From: the human T2T-CHM13v2.0 reference genome, Homo sapiens
DNA: 64,000 nt
Assembly: GCF_009914755.1 (NCBI RefSeq)
Contig: NC_060937.1
Strand: one strand, 5' to 3'
Shown: in pieces, positions 58,338 through 64,000 of the stretch
Position numbering within the stretch: the first letter of the stretch is position 1
Layout of the letters: each line of letters begins with the position of its first letter
Notes under the pieces: generated by a model
What the model saw: only the letters and a program-made list of their open reading frames with translations
What the model was told of the DNA's origin: nothing
Database searches by the model: none
Translations under genes and position numbers: made by a program

Positions 58338-58687
58338 CTAATGTTCTTTTGCATGTCTTTGTGGAGGAGGAGACCAAATGTGCTGACCCTGTTGAGTGAG
58401 CCGGTGGCTTCAGAAGCGGTGGAAAGACAGTGGTGAAACGTTAAGGTCATCACTTCAGGAGTGCAAGTGAATGCTCACTGGAATTAACCAACGGAACAGT
58501 AGAGGGACACGTGTGAGCGACAAACCACACCCCAAGGGCTTGCTCGCCACATGCGCCTCCCTGCGGGCTGGGAAGCACTTGCTGTTGGAAAGGACTCTGT
58601 TATTTAGAGTCAAAACAGATTTTCTCTTGTCTCACGTCCTTCCTTTTTTAAGCTAACCGTTCCCATTTTCTTTCATGAGCTCTATAG

Positions 58688-59805
58688 TGAGAGGAGACAC
58701 CGTGCTAGCAGCCCTCACTCGCTCTGGCCGCGCTTGAGGAGCCCTTTAACCCACCGCTGCAGTGTGGAAGCCCCTCTCTGGACTGCCGGAGACCGTAGCC
58801 GGCTCCCTCTGCTTGCGGGAAAGTGTGGAGGGAGAGACACGGGTGGGAACCGGGGCTGTGCAGGGCACTCATGGGCCAGCGTGAGTTCTGGGTGAGCACG
58901 GACTCGGCAGGCCCTGCACTCCGAACGGCCGGCGCCACTGGCCCCAGGCAGTGAAAAGCTTAACACCCAGGCCAGCAGCTGCGGAGGATGTGCCGGGTCC
59001 CCCAGCACTGCCTGCCGGCCGGCCCGCCCGCCCCGCACTTGAATTCTGGCCGGACCTCAAGCCGCCTCCCTGCGGGGCAGGGGCTGGGGACCTGCAGCCC
59101 ACCATGCTCGAGCACTGCCCCCTGCCCTGTGGGCTCCTGATTAGCCGGAGCCTCCCTGAGGGGCGCTCCCAGCTGCTTCGCAGCACCAGGTCCCATCGAC
59201 CATCCAAGGCCTGCGTAGTGCGAGCGTGCTGGCGCAGGACTGACAGGCAGCTCCGCTCTCAACGGCATCCACTAGCAGAACCAGCTGGGCTCTTATGTTG
59301 GATGGGGACTTGGAAAACTTTTGTGTCTAGCTAAAGGATTGTAAATGCACCAATCAGCAATCTGTGTCTAACTCAAGGTTTGTAAATGCACCAATCAGCA
59401 CTCTGTCAAAATGGACCAATCAGCTCTCTGTAAAATGGACCAATCAGCAGGATGTGGGTGGGGTCAGATAAGGGAATAAAAGCAGGGTGCCGGCCCTTGC
59501 GCCAAGAACCTGCTCGGGGGTCGTATCCCAAGATGTGGAGCGTTTGTTCTTTGGCTGTTTGCTATAAATCTAGTTGTTGCCGACTTTGGGTTCACTGCGT
59601 TGTGAATTGTAACACTTACCGCGAAGGTCTGCCGCTTCGCTCCTGAAGCCGGCGAGACCACGAACCCACTGGGAGTAACAAAAGGGCGGGAGGAACAAAC
59701 AAACTCTGGACACATGATTTCTAAGTATTGTAACACTCACCGTGAGGGTCCGCGGCTTCATTCTTTTAAGTCAGTGAGCCCAAGCAACCACCAATTCCGG
59801 ACACA
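58688..59805 (+). mobile_element. LTR12-family (ERV9) solo LTR
   Basis: 'tgagaggagacaccgtgctagcagccctc' to 'ccaattccggacaca'; perfect 4-bp TSD atag; CpG-rich U3. Confidence 0.96.
59340..59482 (+). promoter_or_regulatory. LTR12 promoter core: four CCAAT (NF-Y) boxes, a GATA site and the AATAAA TATA-like box
   Basis: 'accaatcagc' occurs four times between 59349 and 59450, followed by 'cagataagggaataaaagc'; the role of these motifs in ERV9 LTRs is established, activity here is untested. Confidence 0.7.
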
Positions 59806-60464
59806 ATAGGAGGTAATTTTCTGAGCCCGCCTGGACTCACAGCCTCATCTCAAAATGTGGAGTTCGTTGCTCGACGTAAGGCTCTAAATCTGGTCTGATT
59901 GCTGAGATGCTGCTTCCTCCAAGACGGAACCATCATGAATCCAAACTGGGGGGTTCTTGTTTGGCAGAGCCGAAGGCCATGTCTGTCCTGCATTTCCAGT
60001 TCCAAGCAGGGGGCCTGTACTGTTAAATAAGTGCTCATTGATTGAATTTGCAGAAATCTCTAACACAAGGTGGAAAGTAATCTTTACAACTTAGAATGGA
60101 AGTAAAGGAGATTAAATGAAGAAATAAAATGCTGTACCTGAAAATATATATAAGCCGTAAAGCACTGTACACAGGAAAGTTATTATCCTCATGATCTTCT
60201 TAATCTGGACGAATTATTTCTGAATTCAGAATCCAGCCTGTACACAGCTTCATCACAATGTTGTTCTGTCTTTGCAACTCAACGCAATGCAGATTATTCA
60301 GCTATCTCAATTACTCGAGTGGGATCATATTAAATCTCTAAGGTTCAATTTGCATAGATGATGCTGCTTTCTCCAGCTTAAAATATCTGTGTGTCTCCGA
60401 TGGCTCTGTGTCCTAGTTTACCTTAGTATTTTACTTTGCAGAGATTAGGAAACCTGATCACATA

Positions 60465-61450
60465 TTTTATTGTGAAAAATTTCTAATGCACAAAATTAGG
60501 GGGAATAAAGAGTATGGTGGACACTTACATATTCATCACCCATATTTGGTGGTAGTTGATATGTTGCTGCTCCCCTTAAGCTACCCATTTATACAATTTT
60601 TGTTGAAAGCATTAAAAAATGTCTTGTACTACCGTTTTATTTTATTCCTACATCCTTCAGGAATACATAATTATTTTATTCCTATGTATTCCTGCATCTT
60701 TAAAAACTGAACATTTTCTTTTATAATCTCGATGCCGTTTGCACACCTAAAAATTAATATTACTTGCATAATAGAAATTTCTGTGTTGTTTAAAAATGTT
60801 TTCTGATACTTGGCTTGTTCAATTGAGATGCCGTGTCTTGGCCACTTCACGCGGTGATGATAAAGTACCATAGACTGGGTGGCTTACATAACAAGCATTG
60901 ATTTCTCACAGCTCTGGAGCCTGGGATGTCCAGGATCAAGATGCCAGGAGACTCGGTGTCAGGCTGCCTTACTGCTGTGTGGTCACTTGCAGAGCAAGAG
61001 CAAGCTCTGGTCTGTTCCTTTTCTCATAAGGGCACTGATCCCATCATGGAGACCCCACTCTCATGACCTCATCCAAACTTAACTACCTCTCAAGGTCCTA
61101 CATACAAATGCCATCACACTGGGGATTAGGTTAGAGCTTCAACATAGAAATTTTGGGATGACACAACATTCACTCCTTAAACACACCACACGTTACATTG
61201 GTTTGTAATGTGTCTTGATTGTCTTTTAATACAGAGCAGGCCCCCGTTCCCGCTTCATGTCCTTGTTGCAGAAACTGGGTCGGTTGTCCTGGAGAATGCC
61301 CCACATTCTGGATCTGTTTATTGGCTCTCTTGTGCTATCATTTAACTTACTCCTGTACCCACCGTGTTTCCTGGAAATGGAAGTTAGTTCCAGAGGATGT
61401 ATCAGGTTCAGCCACATTGTTTTGCAAGAATATTCCACAGATGGTTCTTT
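60465..61450 (-). mobile_element. Old L1 (L1MC/ME) 3' relic hosting MLT1A
   Basis: 'ttttattgtgaaaaatttctaatgcac' and 'gaaactgggtcggttgtcctggagaatgccccacattctggat'. Confidence 0.65.
60834..61183 (-). mobile_element. MLT1A-type MaLR solo LTR
   Basis: 'aaagtaccatagactgggtggctta...ataagggcactgatcccatcatg...ccatcacactggggattagg'. Confidence 0.88.
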
Positions 61451-62132
61451 TTGCTTCCTTTTTCCTGAGCCGGGACGGCCACAACTGCTGGTCATCCCAC
61501 CTTCAGGGATGCTAAGAGTCATCATGGATTTGGCACAGAGTAATCTCAAAGTATTGAACATGATTTTTCTTCTGATTCTCAAAGTCGCACATATTTATTG
61601 TAGAAAATTTACAATATATAGATAAGCATAAAACCATCTTAAATATTATCCCTAGATAACTGCTATTAAAATTTTGGTGTAGATCCTTCTAGTATTTCTT
61701 CATAATTATTTTATAATGGCCTCTTTCCACTTGCAATAGACAGGAAATATTTTTTGATGCCTTTAAATATTCTTTTCCAATGTCATTGGCTATCTAGTAG
61801 TCGCTGTATGGCTCTGTAAGAATTTATTTGATTGACAACTTTTCTATGAGTCATGAAAATTGCAAACTCATTGACCAAAATGCTTATTTGATTTGGCCCC
61901 AAACCACTCTGACAGCAAATGACAACCGCATGTCCCTCTGTGTCCTGGGATGGCAGCTCTTCTTCTCCCAGAGAGGAAGGGGTAGGGGAGAGGGTGGTAG
62001 ATTGGTGATGTTTGAATGTTTTCCTGAAGTGTTGAAATATGTTTTCTGTGTCTTACTGAATAATCTACCTTGCTCCAGTGCTCGAGATCCCACTCCATAG
62101 TCTACTAACTGGTTTCATGAGCTCCCAAAATC

Positions 62133-62278
62133 CTTGTGCCTCAAGTATTCGGGGATCAGCAGCATCAGTGCTGTCTGGGGAGCTTCTTAGAAATGCAGAA
62201 TCCCAGGCCCCTCCTGAGGCCCTCTGCATCCGAATCTGCATTTTAAACAGATCCCCAGGAGTGAAGTGTGAGACACTG
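62133..62278. mobile_element. MER5A-type hAT element
   Basis: 'gagcttcttagaaatgcagaatcccaggcccc...gaatctgcattttaaacagatccccagg'. Confidence 0.85.
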
Positions 62279-62464
62279 TTCTAAGATACTTGTACTTAAT
62301 GAATGCCTGGAAAGGCTGGCTTATCTTGTGATGCATGTGGAACAAACATGCTAAATTCAGCCATGGAACAGATCTTCCCTGCAGGCCAACTGGGCATGCT
62401 TGCTTTCTAAGGATGGAGGGAAAAGCCAGCAACGCAGCTCAGACATAAGCCTGGCAGTGGCTGG

Positions 62465-62675
62465 GAGCCTGGGGCGCAGGGTGCATCTTCATAGCTGTGT
62501 GATCTCAGGTAAGTTATAAATGGTTTAGTCTGCCCTTTCTCCTCGGTATAATGGAGACCATATTCCTTATTTCATAGGGATGATCTGAGGTTTAAATAAT
62601 CTCATGTTTATAAAGCACTGAGCAGTGCCCAGCATGTCGTAACTGCTCAGTGAATGTCAGCGATTGTTATTAACT
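62465..62675 (+). mobile_element. MIR
   Basis: 'tagctgtgtgatctcaggtaagtta...taaagcactgagcagtgcccagcatg'. Confidence 0.75.
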
Positions 62676-64000
62676 ATCAAAAAATGCTAAGTTTTATGAA
62701 GCAGCGTTGGGAGCAAGGGTTAATTTGGGACAGCTAATACTTTTAATACTAATACTTAACATTTAAAACTAATATTAAAAGTCATATAGAACTTTTTCCT
62801 CCTAACTTCAGCTACAAAATAAGTAACCAATTTCAGCTGCTGGTTCCAAGTACAGAAAGTGATAAGACATTTTAGGTTGACCACCTCTATGTTAAGCTTA
62901 GAGCAACCACACACCATGCACCGCACATTGCTATCTTATTCTTTTACCCAAATGAAGAAAAAGAAGTAACCAAAAGCCCAACAGCCCCAAACTTCCTACT
63001 GCTCTTTTAAAAAAAATATTTCTCTTTAATACAGGCTGAGGCTTCAATATGCTTTGTTTGCAAAGAGACTATATAAACAAAGAGCTTTCACCTTTAAAAT
63101 GATTTGTCCAGTTCAGTTTTACAGCGTTCTACAGACAGCAACACAACAAAGAGTTATGCACTTTACTGTACTATTTGAAGGAAATGAAATAAAACTACTA
63201 CCAAACATAGCGTGGACCTTTTTCAACTCCTTGAATAAATATTTGTAAAGCAAGCCTTGGTGGCATGAAGACCATGGGTGATAGAGGATTAATCCGTGAT
63301 AACACGTTTCTTAAAGATGGATCTCCTGACAATTAGAGGTCAAATTCTTATTCTGGGACTGAGCCAGAATGAGTAAAACACCTTTGGTCGTTAAATACTC
63401 TCTCATGCAAGGAAATACGTTCTCTTGGGGCATTATTTAACACCAGTGAAAGGAAACAACTCCGTTGCCATTCATAAAAATATTATGTTTACCTTGTATG
63501 AATAACCTCTAAAATCTTTGACTTCTCTAAAGCAGGTGAAGAATCATCCTAAATTATCTTAACCTCAGAAAGCATGAGAATCCTCATCACGCCGGTGGCC
63601 ATTCTCCTTCTTAGATATTTTCCTGCTTCAAGTGGTCATGAGAATCTGACGTTTTCATTGTGAAGCGAATCCCAGGACACTACCGAGTAGACCTGCTAAG
63701 TATGGTATGATGAGTAGACTCCCCTGACGTTCGATGCTGTCCAGTCTACAGCTTTCCTGGGGTCAGTGAGTGAACGAGGGCAGGTCTGTTACTGTGTAGA
63801 TGTGATTCAGAAACTGTATTCCAGGTTAATGAGCCTGGTCCTGTAATTCACCTGTGTGGAACGTGTGACTGGCAGAATTGATAAATGCACACACTTCTAG
63901 AAACACTTAGGTGTAGTTTATGTGCATAAAATCTGTTGCAGAATTTGTTGCAGTTAGAAAGCTTATTATCAAGCTGATTAATAACATAACTAATTATACT

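Noticed and set aside
58705-59334. Overlapping 100-127 aa ORFs on both strands
   Set aside because: GC-rich LTR12 U3 sequence is poor in stop codons; no recognisable protein.
63700-63800. Possible C/D-box snoRNA (ATGATGA then CTGA, small gtagact/agtctac stem)
   Set aside because: No terminal D box at a suitable distance and no closing stem.

Overview
Primate (probably human or great ape) nuclear DNA that looks intronic or intergenic. Roughly half is recognisable transposon sequence: about 24 Alu copies or fragments, several L1/HAL1 relics, L2/MIR, a full-length dead Tigger1, small DNA-transposon elements (Tigger3a, Tigger4b, MER45A, MER58A, MER5A) and solo LTRs (LTR12, THE1C, MLT2A1, MLT2, MLT1A, MER57-like and other ERV1-type). 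I cannot support any protein-coding gene: the ORF track is explained by Alu/L1/LTR-derived or chance frames. I cannot name the locus. All repeat subfamily calls come from recalled consensus sequences compared by eye and need RepeatMasker/Dfam confirmation. I found no convincing new biological system. The most interesting structures are an AluJ/full-length 7SL chimeric retrocopy, an L1PB with a probable 3' transduction trapped inside Tigger4b, a tripled target site with complementary AluY pieces, a trimeric Alu, a twin-primed inverted L1, two short dispersed direct repeats, a CpG-rich LTR12 with an altered poly(A) signal and a nearby splice donor, and a 225-nt exon candidate.
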